Part shown: piece after piece, positions 10,495 through 19,295 of the stretch
How positions within the stretch are numbered: position 1 is the first letter of the stretch
How the letters are laid out: every line of letters starts with the position of its first letter
Origin: Gemmatimonas sp.
Lineage (GTDB): Bacteria > Gemmatimonadota > Gemmatimonadetes > Gemmatimonadales > Gemmatimonadaceae
Direction of reading: 5' to 3'
Assembly: GCA_031414535.1 (NCBI GenBank)
Contig: JANNVQ010000038.1
Coordinates: 67,461 to 131,460, forward strand
DNA length: 64,000 bases
Made by a program: the position numbers and the translations under genes
Notes under the pieces: model-generated
Told to the model about the DNA's origin: nothing
Seen by the model: only the letters and a program-made list of their open reading frames with translations
Database searches by the model: none

Positions 10495-11597
10495 GCGCGT
10501 CGAAGAAAGCAGCCCCGCAGGCGCCATCTGTTGGTGTGCGTTGGCCGGCCGAGTGGGAGCGGCACGACGCGACCTGGATTTCTTGGCCGCATCACGAGCC
10601 AGATTGGCCCGGTAAGTTCGGTCCAATCCCTTGGGTCTATGCGGAGATTGCGCGCACGCTGGCCGAGCACGAACGCGTGCACATCCTCGTCAACGACGAG
10701 AAGACCGAAGAGGAAGCCTGGCATGCGCTGCGCATGCATGAGGTGAAGCAGGGCCGCATCCATCTGCACCTCTGCCCCAGCGACCGCGTGTGGTTGCGCG
10801 ACTCGGCGCCCACCTTCGTGCACAATCACGATGGGGAGGTGCAGGCCGTGAACTGGGGATTCAACGCCTGGGCCAAGTACGACAACTACCACCGCGACGC
10901 GGAGATTGGGGCGTTTGTCGCTGCGCACACAGGCCTGCCGCTCATTGAGCCGCAGCGCCACGACGGCAAGGGCCGCGTGATCCTTGAGGGTGGCGGCATC
11001 GAAACGGATGGCCGCGGCACGATGCTCGTCACTGAAGAGTGGTTGCTCACAGACGTGCAGGTGCGGAACCCGGGGTTCTCGCGCGCCGATTACGAACAGA
11101 TGTTCGCCGAGACCTTGGGCATTTCCAAGACTATCTGGCTGGGCGAAGGTTGCGTGGGCGACGACACCCACGGCCACGTGGATGACATCGCGCGGTTCGT
11201 CGCACCGGGCGTGATGGTGCTCGCGCACGAGGAAGACCCAGCCGACGAGAATCACGCCCGTTCTCTGGACAACGTCCGACGCCTCCAAAGCGCGACCGAC
11301 GCCGAAGGCAATCCCATGCGCGTCGTCACGCTGCCGTACCCGCGACCCGTGGTGATGGATGGCACGCGTTTGCCGGCGAGCTACGCCAACTTCTACATCG
11401 CGAACGGGGTAGTCATCGTGCCCACGTTCAACGATGCCAACGACCGCATCGCCCTGAACACCCTCGCGGAGCTTATGCCCGAGCGGCAAATTGTGGGCAT
11501 CCACGCCGTGGACCTGGTTTGGGGACTCGGCACCCTGCACTGCCTCACGCAACAGCAGCCCGCGGCTCGCCACGGCCGCGGCAAGGCGAAGGGATGA
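10491..11597 (+). CDS. aguA: Agmatine deiminase
   Basis: WPAEWE, WLRDSAP, LEGGGIETDG, DDTHGHVDD, ASYANFY, GTLHCLTQQQP; TTG 10491 overlaps the aguB stop. Confidence 0.93.
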   Translation: MSASKKAAPQAPSVGVRWPAEWERHDATWISWPHHEPDWPGKFGPIPWVYAEIARTLAEHERVHILVNDEKTEEEAWHALRMHEVKQGRIHLHLCPSDRVWLRDSAPTFVHNHDGEVQAVNWGFNAWAKYDNYHRDAEIGAFVAAHTGLPLIEPQRHDGKGRVILEGGGIETDGRGTMLVTEEWLLTDVQVRNPGFSRADYEQMFAETLGISKTIWLGEGCVGDDTHGHVDDIARFVAPGVMVLAHEEDPADENHARSLDNVRRLQSATDAEGNPMRVVTLPYPRPVVMDGTRLPASYANFYIANGVVIVPTFNDANDRIALNTLAELMPERQIVGIHAVDLVWGLGTLHCLTQQQPAARHGRGKAKG

Positions 11598-14500
11598 CCA
11601 GCGACGCACTCCGTTCCGCACTCGAAGCTCGACTCGGCACGCAGTACCAAATCGAATCGTTGCTCGGCCAAGGCGGGATGGGGAGCGTATTCCGCGCGAC
11701 CGACCGCACGCTGCATCGCGCGGTGGCCATTAAGGTCATCAGCGGCGACGTCGCGCTGAATCCGGAGTTGAAGGGCCGCTTCCTAATGGAAGCGCGCACC
11801 GTGGCCAAGCTGCGGCATCCGAATATCGTCGCGGTGTACAGCGCGGGCGAGGCCGACGGCCTGCTCTACTTCGTGATGGAGTTGGTGCCGGGCGAATCGC
11901 TGCGCGACTTACTCGCGCGCGAAGGCAACGTGGAGCCCGCTCGCGCCGAGAAAATCCTGCATGAGCTGGCGATGGCGTTGGACTACGCGCACGCCAACGG
12001 GATCGTGCACCGCGACGTGAAGCCGGAGAACATCCTGCTTGACCGCGAGACCGGCCGCGCGATGCTCACGGACTTTGGCGTGGCGCGCGCGCTGGAGAAT
12101 AGCGGCAACATGACGGGGACCGGCATGATTCTCGGGAGCCCCCGTTACATGAGCCCGGAGCAGGCCACGGGCGAGAGCACGATTGACGGACGCAGCGATC
12201 TCTACGCGCTGGCGCTGGTAGGCTACGAGATGTTCACCGGCAAGCCGGTGGTGGACAGTGGCAACGTGGCGGGCATGCTGGTGAAGCATTTGACCGAAAC
12301 GCCGAAGCCCTTGGCCGATGCGGTAGCCGGCGTGCCGGAGGGCTCGGCCGTAGCGATTGACCGTGCGCTCACGAAGGATCGCGACAAGCGCTGGGCGACC
12401 GGGCGCGAGATGGCTGAGGTGGTCGCCGCCTCGTGGACACCGACGCCGGGCAGCGGGGCCACGCGGGCCATTGGTGCGATGAAGGCCAAGAAGGCACCAC
12501 CCAAGGCCGCGATGGGCGGCGCCCTAGTGGCAATCTTCGCCTCGCTGGTCACGATCTTCATCGCCACAAGCGACAAGGGCGGCGGCAAGGGCGACCCGCG
12601 GAAGAGTTATGCGGTGGTGCCCTTTGAAATCCAGAGCGGAAACCCCGAAGTGCAATGGCTGCGTGACGGCGCCGTGAATATGCTGACGATGGCGCTCACC
12701 CAGTGGACCGACCTGCAGGTGATGGATTACGAACGCACGCTCAAGTACGTGGCCGACGCAGGGGTGGAAACGCGGCGCGTGGACTTGGACCGCGCGCAGG
12801 AGATTGCGCGGCGCGGTAACGCTGGCACGCTGGTGATGGGCCAGATTTCCACGACGCAGGATTCACTCGTGGTGGTGGCGAGACTATACGACGTACGGAG
12901 CGGACGCTCGCTTAACACGGTCACGCGCGCCGCGGCCCTGAGCGCTGATCCTCGCCCGCTGTTTGATGATTTGGCGCGATACCTCCTCGACGTCGCTGGC
13001 GGCCAAACCTCAGCCAGCGTTGACGTGGCGCGCCAGACCACGACTTCGATCACGGCGTACCGCTCGTACCTCGACGGCGTGCGCTTTTTGAATTCGTGGC
13101 GCTTGGCCGAGGCCGACTCCGCGCTGCGAGTGGCAATCGAGGCCGACTCGACGTTTGCACTCGCCTGGCACAAGCGCGCACTGGCCCTCGGTTGGGGCGC
13201 TGGACAGGGGCCTGTCTACATCAGCACGGCACAGCGCGCCGTGGATCTCTCGGATCGGCTGCCGCCTCGCCAACAAGCGCTGGTGCGTGGCCACCTCGCG
13301 TTGGCGCAGGGCATGCTGGGCTCCGAAGACGGAGGCGGTCCTGCCGCGCGCGCGCAGCTCATGGAAGCGGCGCGCATCTACGAAGCGTTGCTCGCCTCCG
13401 ATTCCTTGGTGGCGGAGGGATGGTACGGGCTCGGCGACGCGTACTTCCACATGCAGCGAGACTCCACGGATTCCGTCGCGGAGGTCTCACGGCGCTACAA
13501 CAGATCGGTGGCGAGCTTCCGTCGCGCTATTGAGATCGACTCCAGCTTCCACCTCGCGTACAGCCATCTCGTCACGCAGTACCAGGGGATGTCTAATCCA
13601 CAGTCCGGCGGAGTCCTCGATGGCGATACGGTCCTGCTCTTCACGAGCGTGGCACAGCGCGACGCGTATGGCGTTGAGCGGATTGCCCGTGCGCGCGATC
13701 GCGCGCGCGATGTGGGTCTCGAGATGGCACGTGGCTGGACGCGTGCAGATCCAGACGCCGGCGCGGGTTACACCGCGCTTGCCACGGGCTTCTTTGCAGC
13801 AGGTAAGGTGGACTCCGCGCTCGCGACGCTCGACCGCGCGCTGCAACGTCCGGCCTTGCGCGGCCCTGGCCTGCAGTTGCAAAAGGTGTCCTTCCTGACG
13901 CTCGCGGACTCGTCGCTGGCCTTCACCTTGATGCGCGATGTCTATGCCAAGGCTACCGCGACTGAGCTTCGACGCGTCCCGGCGAACGAGCGCATCTCCT
14001 CGCTCGCGATGTCCGTCAACGCCGCGGGCAGCGTAGGCAATGCGTCCGAGCTGGATAAAATCCTAGCCGTCGCGGCAACGGTGGACAGCGTGTTCCCGTT
14101 CACGAACTCACCATTCCAGCAGGTCATGGGCTGGTACGCAACCGGAATGAAGGCTGGCATCACCGGAACCGTGAGCGCCGCAGAGCGACGGCAGCTCGCC
14201 GAGGGCGCACGCCGTATCGCCTCGGGCAGTCAGGGCATCCTCGCGCAACTGGCCGCTACGGCGGGCGGCGTCATCTACACGTCATATCTAGTGACGGGCG
14301 ACACCTTGTTCTCCAACACGCTGCGTCGCCTGCCGGGACTCGTAAACGTCCCGCAAACTGACCTCGACGCGCTCGAAGCCTTAGCCCGCGGCGACACCGC
14401 TCGGGCTCGCGAGATCGCCGCGGCGTTTCCGCCACCGGATTCCCTCAAGGACGCGCGCCTCTCCTTTGCAGGGCAGCGGGCCTACGCGCGCGCGCTTGTG

Positions 14501-14779
14501 TTGGACGCCGTCGGCAATACAGCGTGGGCCGTTGGTTACCTCGAGGCGCTGGAGCCCTCGCGATTCATCTCGCAGGGACTCGCCGAACCTGGCTTCGCGC
14601 TGTACACGCGCTCATTCGCGACGCGGGCTGAGCTATACGAGAAGCTCGGGGACAAGCGGAAGGCCATCGCAGCGTACGAAGAGTTCCTGCGGCGCACCGA
14701 ACTCGGCGACGCGGCCATCGAACCGCAGCGCCGTAGCGCCCGCGCGAACCTCGCCAGGCTCCGCGACGGTGGCCGGTAG
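11594..14779 (+). CDS. Hanks-type Ser/Thr protein kinase with TM segment, TolB_N-like and TPR domains
   Basis: LGQGGMGSVF, VAIK, HRDVKPEN, DFG, YMSPEQ; hydrophobic ALVAIFASLVTIFIA; AVVPFE domain; TPR-like helices. ATGA overlap with aguA. Confidence 0.92.
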   Translation: MTSDALRSALEARLGTQYQIESLLGQGGMGSVFRATDRTLHRAVAIKVISGDVALNPELKGRFLMEARTVAKLRHPNIVAVYSAGEADGLLYFVMELVPGESLRDLLAREGNVEPARAEKILHELAMALDYAHANGIVHRDVKPENILLDRETGRAMLTDFGVARALENSGNMTGTGMILGSPRYMSPEQATGESTIDGRSDLYALALVGYEMFTGKPVVDSGNVAGMLVKHLTETPKPLADAVAGVPEGSAVAIDRALTKDRDKRWATGREMAEVVAASWTPTPGSGATRAIGAMKAKKAPPKAAMGGALVAIFASLVTIFIATSDKGGGKGDPRKSYAVVPFEIQSGNPEVQWLRDGAVNMLTMALTQWTDLQVMDYERTLKYVADAGVETRRVDLDRAQEIARRGNAGTLVMGQISTTQDSLVVVARLYDVRSGRSLNTVTRAAALSADPRPLFDDLARYLLDVAGGQTSASVDVARQTTTSITAYRSYLDGVRFLNSWRLAEADSALRVAIEADSTFALAWHKRALALGWGAGQGPVYISTAQRAVDLSDRLPPRQQALVRGHLALAQGMLGSEDGGGPAARAQLMEAARIYEALLASDSLVAEGWYGLGDAYFHMQRDSTDSVAEVSRRYNRSVASFRRAIEIDSSFHLAYSHLVTQYQGMSNPQSGGVLDGDTVLLFTSVAQRDAYGVERIARARDRARDVGLEMARGWTRADPDAGAGYTALATGFFAAGKVDSALATLDRALQRPALRGPGLQLQKVSFLTLADSSLAFTLMRDVYAKATATELRRVPANERISSLAMSVNAAGSVGNASELDKILAVAATVDSVFPFTNSPFQQVMGWYATGMKAGITGTVSAAERRQLAEGARRIASGSQGILAQLAATAGGVIYTSYLVTGDTLFSNTLRRLPGLVNVPQTDLDALEALARGDTARAREIAAAFPPPDSLKDARLSFAGQRAYARALVLDAVGNTAWAVGYLEALEPSRFISQGLAEPGFALYTRSFATRAELYEKLGDKRKAIAAYEEFLRRTELGDAAIEPQRRSARANLARLRDGGR

Positions 14780-14918
14780 GGATTCGCGTCCAATCGCGAA
14801 ACCGCATCAAATCGCTGGCTTTACCTGTTCCCACACGCCCCGCGACTGTCCAGATTACTGACAGTACGGGGCGCAATCATACAGGTTGGCGCTCCATCCC
14901 ACACCGATGACCTAGGCC

Positions 14919-16010
14919 GTGCTCCCACTCAGCCGCATTTCGCTCACGCTTCTCGTCGCCGCACTCGGATGCGGAGACGCCGCGTCCGAGTACCGCTTGG
15001 GAATGGCTGGACCCTTCACGGAAGCCTTCGGCATTGCCAACAAGCGTGGCGCCGAACTCGCGGTCGCGGAGATCAACGCAGCCGGCGGAATTAACGGTCA
15101 ACCGCTCACTATCGATTATCTCGACGATCAAGGTGACGGCTCACGAGCCGCGCAGGTTGCACAGGCCTACGTGGACGATGCGCGGATCAGCGGCGTCGTC
15201 GGCCATGTGACATCGGGGGCGATGGTTGCGGCCGCCAAGATCTACGATGGCCAGCTCACGGCCCTCGCCACCACCGCTTCATCTGCCGAGCTCACGGGTA
15301 TTTCGCCGTGGGTGTTTCGCGTCATCTCCAGCGATTCGGCAAATGGTGTGGACCTCGCAGGTTTCGCCGAGCGCATTGGCAAACGTCGCGCCATGGTGCT
15401 CTACGAAAACGATGCCTATGGGCGCGGGCTCGCCGACGCGTTCCGCCGCACCTTCACGGGTCAGGTGCTGGGCTTTGACCCAATTGACGCCGATGGCCGC
15501 GACGCCGAAGTGCACGTCGCATGGGCAAAGCAACAGCAAGCCGATCTCGTGTTCGTCGCGGGCACCGAGCGCTCGGGTATCGCCCTGCTACGCGAGGCTC
15601 GTCGGCAAGAGTTCACGGCTGAGTTCCTTGGTGGTGATGGGTGGACGGGCGTGGTGTCGGACGTCGCTGCCAGCGAGGGTGCGCTGGTGGGCGCACCATT
15701 CACGGCAATGGACCCACGCGCCGAGGCGCAGAAGTTCGTCGCGAACTTCCGGGCCAAGTACAACGAAAGTCCCGACGGCAACGCGGCTCTCGCCTACGAC
15801 GCCGTGCAAGTGATGGCGGCGGGCCTGCGGGCCGTGGGTCCCAACCGGGTGAAGCTCCGCGAGTGGCTTGCATCGCGCGGCACGCAGAACGCGATCGGCG
15901 GCGTCACGGGGCAAATCGCCTTCCTTCCCACCGGCGATCCCGTCGGCAAATCCTTCGTGATGACGCGCGTACGAGCTGGCGCGCTCGTTCCCGCTGAGGA
16001 CGGCCGCTAA
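14919..16010 (+). CDS. LivJ/K-like (branched-chain amino-acid type) solute-binding lipoprotein
   Basis: Lipobox [65 protein letters not shown]. Confidence 0.9.
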   Translation: MLPLSRISLTLLVAALGCGDAASEYRLGMAGPFTEAFGIANKRGAELAVAEINAAGGINGQPLTIDYLDDQGDGSRAAQVAQAYVDDARISGVVGHVTSGAMVAAAKIYDGQLTALATTASSAELTGISPWVFRVISSDSANGVDLAGFAERIGKRRAMVLYENDAYGRGLADAFRRTFTGQVLGFDPIDADGRDAEVHVAWAKQQQADLVFVAGTERSGIALLREARRQEFTAEFLGGDGWTGVVSDVAASEGALVGAPFTAMDPRAEAQKFVANFRAKYNESPDGNAALAYDAVQVMAAGLRAVGPNRVKLREWLASRGTQNAIGGVTGQIAFLPTGDPVGKSFVMTRVRAGALVPAEDGR

Positions 16011-17704
16011 TGCGATTCACATCCATTCGTATGTTACTCGTCGCCGGACTCGGCAGCGTCGTCGCATTGGTGATGGTCGCCGGCGCCTTTGGCCGTTCGG
16101 CAATCGCCACTCTGAGCGAGGAGATGGGCAGTGCACTCGGTACGGTGCGAGGCGAGACCACGCTTAATGCCTCGCTCACCAGCAGCATCGCCGCCGAGAT
16201 CGCGGCGGGGCGGCGGTACTTAGATCGCGGATTGGCCGAGGATCTCACCACTTTTCGTGAGGCCGGTTGGAGGGCGCATGAGGCTCAGCGGGCGCTCAAT
16301 GGGAGCACAGGCCTGAACTCCGCTGAAGTCGCGCTCGTCGCCACGATTGATGAGCGCCTCTCGGCCGTGGAGACCGCCTTCGCAGCGGCGCATCGCCTCC
16401 GTGATCTCGGACGCATCGCTGAAGCGGACGCGCGCGCGGCGCTCACACGCGACCTCGAGGCTGCACTCTCCACCGACATCGAACGATTGGGCAACCTGCG
16501 CTCGGCGCAGCTCGCTCGCACCACAGAAGCGCTACAGGACGAAGCCGCACAACGTCAACGCTTCCTTCTCATGGTGGTAATCGGCGCAATTGTGCTTGGG
16601 CTCGTAATCGTGAGTAGCGTGGCGCGCGCCATTGACCACCCGCTTTCCGCCCTCGTGGCGCACGCTCGCGCGCTGAGCCGCGGAGAGTTGGACATTCGCA
16701 CGGATACCGACCTTCCCGGCGAGTTTAAGGAACTGGCCGAGGCCATGAACAGCTCGGCGGCAAATCTCGCGCGCGTTGCCTCGGTGGCAAGCACCACGTC
16801 GGAGGAAGTCGCGACCTCAGCCCATCAACTGACGTCTGCCGCGGAACAGGTGTCCTTGGCCGCGACCCAAACCGCGACGGCGATGTCGGAAGTCACCGAG
16901 GGCGCGGAGGTGCAAGTGGCCGCGCTGCGCGACGCCGACACCGCCCTCGCCAGTGTACGGCTGCGTGCCCACGAAGTCCGCGCCGGTGCCGAGGAAGTGG
17001 CCGACCTTGCGAACGAAATTGAGCGCCTCTCGCGCGAGAAGCGTCAGGAGATTGCGCGCGCGCGCACCTTGCTCGCCGAAATTCGCTCGTCCGTCGACCA
17101 CGCCGCGCTCGAAGTGAAGGAGCTCAACGCGACGGCGGAGAGCATCAACCAGTTCGTCGGCATCGTGAGCCGCATTGCGGAGCAGACCAACCTGCTCTCG
17201 CTCAACGCCGCCATCGAGGCGGCCCGAGCGGGAAGCGCGGGACGCGGCTTCGCGGTCGTAGCAGACGAAGTGCGAAAGCTTGCGGATCAGGCGCAGAAAG
17301 CCGCCGAGGATGTGATACAGCTGACGGCCGTCGTGACGCGCCGAGTGAGCACCACGACGCAGGCGATGGCCACGGGTGCGGCCCGAGTGGCTGACATCGA
17401 GCAGGCATCACAGGGCATTGATATCGCGCTCGGTGAGATCTCGAGCTCCGCCGAGCAGACGCGTAGCGCGGCCGTTGGATTGGGTTCGGCGGCCGATCAG
17501 AATGTGGCGGCGGTGAACACCGCAGCGGGTAACATTTCGGCCGCTGCTCGCGCGGCTGAGGGACACGCGGCAGCGGCGCAGGAGGTCTCGGCGTCCACCG
17601 AAGAGCAGAGCGCTGCCTGTGAACAGATGTCCGGCGCGGCCAACGCGCTGCTGTCTGGTTCGGTGCGCTTGAAGGAGATTGTCGCCAGCCTGCGGACGGC
17701 GTGA
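16010..17704 (+). CDS. Methyl-accepting chemotaxis protein
   Basis: TM1-periplasmic-TM2-HAMP layout; [37 protein letters not shown] signalling tip; TAATG overlap with the upstream gene. Confidence 0.95.
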   Translation: MRFTSIRMLLVAGLGSVVALVMVAGAFGRSAIATLSEEMGSALGTVRGETTLNASLTSSIAAEIAAGRRYLDRGLAEDLTTFREAGWRAHEAQRALNGSTGLNSAEVALVATIDERLSAVETAFAAAHRLRDLGRIAEADARAALTRDLEAALSTDIERLGNLRSAQLARTTEALQDEAAQRQRFLLMVVIGAIVLGLVIVSSVARAIDHPLSALVAHARALSRGELDIRTDTDLPGEFKELAEAMNSSAANLARVASVASTTSEEVATSAHQLTSAAEQVSLAATQTATAMSEVTEGAEVQVAALRDADTALASVRLRAHEVRAGAEEVADLANEIERLSREKRQEIARARTLLAEIRSSVDHAALEVKELNATAESINQFVGIVSRIAEQTNLLSLNAAIEAARAGSAGRGFAVVADEVRKLADQAQKAAEDVIQLTAVVTRRVSTTTQAMATGAARVADIEQASQGIDIALGEISSSAEQTRSAAVGLGSAADQNVAAVNTAAGNISAAARAAEGHAAAAQEVSASTEEQSAACEQMSGAANALLSGSVRLKEIVASLRTA

Positions 17705-18405
17705 TGGTGAGCGAGGCACTGGCTTCCGTTGCTCCGGGCACGCCGGCCGTGGTGCTCTTGAGCGGCGGATTGGATTCCGCCACCGTACTCGCACTGGCCA
17801 CGAAAGCCGGGTACGCCGTCAATGCGCTGACGTTTCGCTACGGCCAGCGCCACGGCGTGGAAATCGAGAGAGCGCGAGCGCTGGCCGAGCACTGGAAGGT
17901 GGCGCGGCACGTGGTGGCGGATATTGACCTCCGGGTTTTCGGCGGCAGCGCGCTCACAGCAGACATCGACGTGCCCAAGCACGATGACGTGGCGTCAGTG
18001 GGCGGAGGCATTCCCGTCACCTATGTACCGGCGCGCAACACAATCTTCTTGTCGTTTGCATTGGCGTGGGCCGAGACGCTCACGAGCGAGCATATCTTGA
18101 TTGGCGTGAACGCGCTGGATTACTCGGGCTATCCCGATTGCCGGCCCGAGTACATCGAAGCCTTTGAGCGCATGGCCAATCTCGCGACCAAGACGGGCGT
18201 TGAGGGTGCAACCAAGTTGCGCGTGCTCACGCCGCTGATTGCGATGACCAAGGCGCAGATTATTCGTACGGGCCAAGCGCTGGGCGTGGACTATTCGATG
18301 ACGGTGTCGTGCTATGATCCGAGCATGGACGGTGCGCCTTGTGGTAGGTGTGATGCCTGCTTACTCCGGGAGAAGGGATTTCTTGAGGCAGGCACGGACG
18401 GATGA
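17701..18405 (+). CDS. queC: 7-cyano-7-deazaguanine synthase
   Basis: [31 protein letters not shown]...CGRCDAC. Confidence 0.96.
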   Translation: MMVSEALASVAPGTPAVVLLSGGLDSATVLALATKAGYAVNALTFRYGQRHGVEIERARALAEHWKVARHVVADIDLRVFGGSALTADIDVPKHDDVASVGGGIPVTYVPARNTIFLSFALAWAETLTSEHILIGVNALDYSGYPDCRPEYIEAFERMANLATKTGVEGATKLRVLTPLIAMTKAQIIRTGQALGVDYSMTVSCYDPSMDGAPCGRCDACLLREKGFLEAGTDG

Positions 18406-18458
18406 CGGATGACGGATGCTAGATTTGCCTTTGCGCATCCGTCATCCGTCATCCGTCC
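18396..18458. repeat. Perfect 24-bp inverted repeat of GACGGAT heptamers (copy 2)
   Basis: GGACGGATGACGGATGACGGATGC (18396-18419) / GCATCCGTCATCCGTCATCCGTCC (18435-18458), 15-nt loop. Confidence 0.92.
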
Positions 18459-18459
18459 C

Positions 18460-19086
18460 ATGTACTCAGTCAAAGAAATTTTTTACACCCTCCAAGGCGA
18501 AGGCTTCCACGCCGGTCGCCCGGCCGTGTTCTGCCGTTTTTCGGGGTGTAACCTCTGGACGGGCCGGGAGCAGGATCGGGCGACGGCCGTGTGCAGCTTC
18601 TGCGACACGGACTTCGTAGGAGTGGGGCCGGATGGGGGGAAGTTCGCGACGGCCGGGGAACTCGCCAATGCGATTGCCGCGCGTTGGCCGGCCGCGGGCG
18701 GAAAGCCCTTTGTGGTGTGCACGGGAGGGGAGCCGCTGCTGCAACTGGACGCGCCGGCTGTGGCCGCGCTGCACGCGCGCGGGTTCGAGGTGGCGGTGGA
18801 GACCAACGGCACGCAGCCCGTTCCGGCGGGCATTGATTGGGTGTGCGTGAGTCCCAAGGCCGATGCCGCGCTGGCGGTGGGGGGCGGCAACGAGCTCAAA
18901 CTCGTGTTCCCCCAGGAGCGGGCCATGCCGGAGCGGTTTGCCGGGCTCGCCTTTGAGCACTTCTACTTGCAGCCGATGGACGGCCCAAGCGCCGCGGAGA
19001 CGACGGCGGCGACGCTGGCCTACTGCCTGGCGCATCCGCAGTGGCATATGTCCGTCCAGACACACAAGGCGCTGGGCATCCGCTAG
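18460..19086 (+). CDS. queE: 7-carboxy-7-deazaguanine synthase (radical SAM, CX14CX2C type)
   Basis: YSVKEIFYTLQGEG, CNLWTGREQDRATAVCSFCDTDF, TGGEP, ETNGT, VSPK, QTHK. Confidence 0.96.
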   Translation: MYSVKEIFYTLQGEGFHAGRPAVFCRFSGCNLWTGREQDRATAVCSFCDTDFVGVGPDGGKFATAGELANAIAARWPAAGGKPFVVCTGGEPLLQLDAPAVAALHARGFEVAVETNGTQPVPAGIDWVCVSPKADAALAVGGGNELKLVFPQERAMPERFAGLAFEHFYLQPMDGPSAAETTAATLAYCLAHPQWHMSVQTHKALGIR

Positions 19087-19231
19087 GGCTGCAACGGACG
19101 GCTGGCGGGGGGAAAAGGCAACCATCCAAAAGGCCGGAATTGCACCCCCCAGTTTAGGCCTAGGTCAAGTGGCCCTCTATAGAGGTTGACGGGACGGCCT
19201 TCCGAGAGGAAGTTAGGGGGTCCTTTGCGAG

Positions 19232-19247
19232 CGTGACATCGGTCACG
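19232..19247. promoter_or_regulatory. Candidate CRP/FNR-family operator
   Basis: CGTGA-CATCGG-TCACG palindrome, similar to TGTGA-N6-TCACA, about 50 bp upstream of the TonB receptor start. Confidence 0.35.
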
Positions 19248-19295
19248 TTCACCAGGCGGAGTCCGTCCGGGCTCAATATCCCACCGCTTCGAGGT

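Noticed and set aside
17701..19086. 7-deazaguanine DNA-modification (Dpd) defence island
   Set aside because: No dpdA/tgt-like, helicase or nuclease genes nearby; housekeeping context.
19105..19170. Possible c-di-GMP-I or cobalamin riboswitch upstream of the TonB receptor
   Set aside because: Only AAAGGCAACC resembles the motif; I could not build the required stems or find a B12 box. An Rfam scan would settle it.
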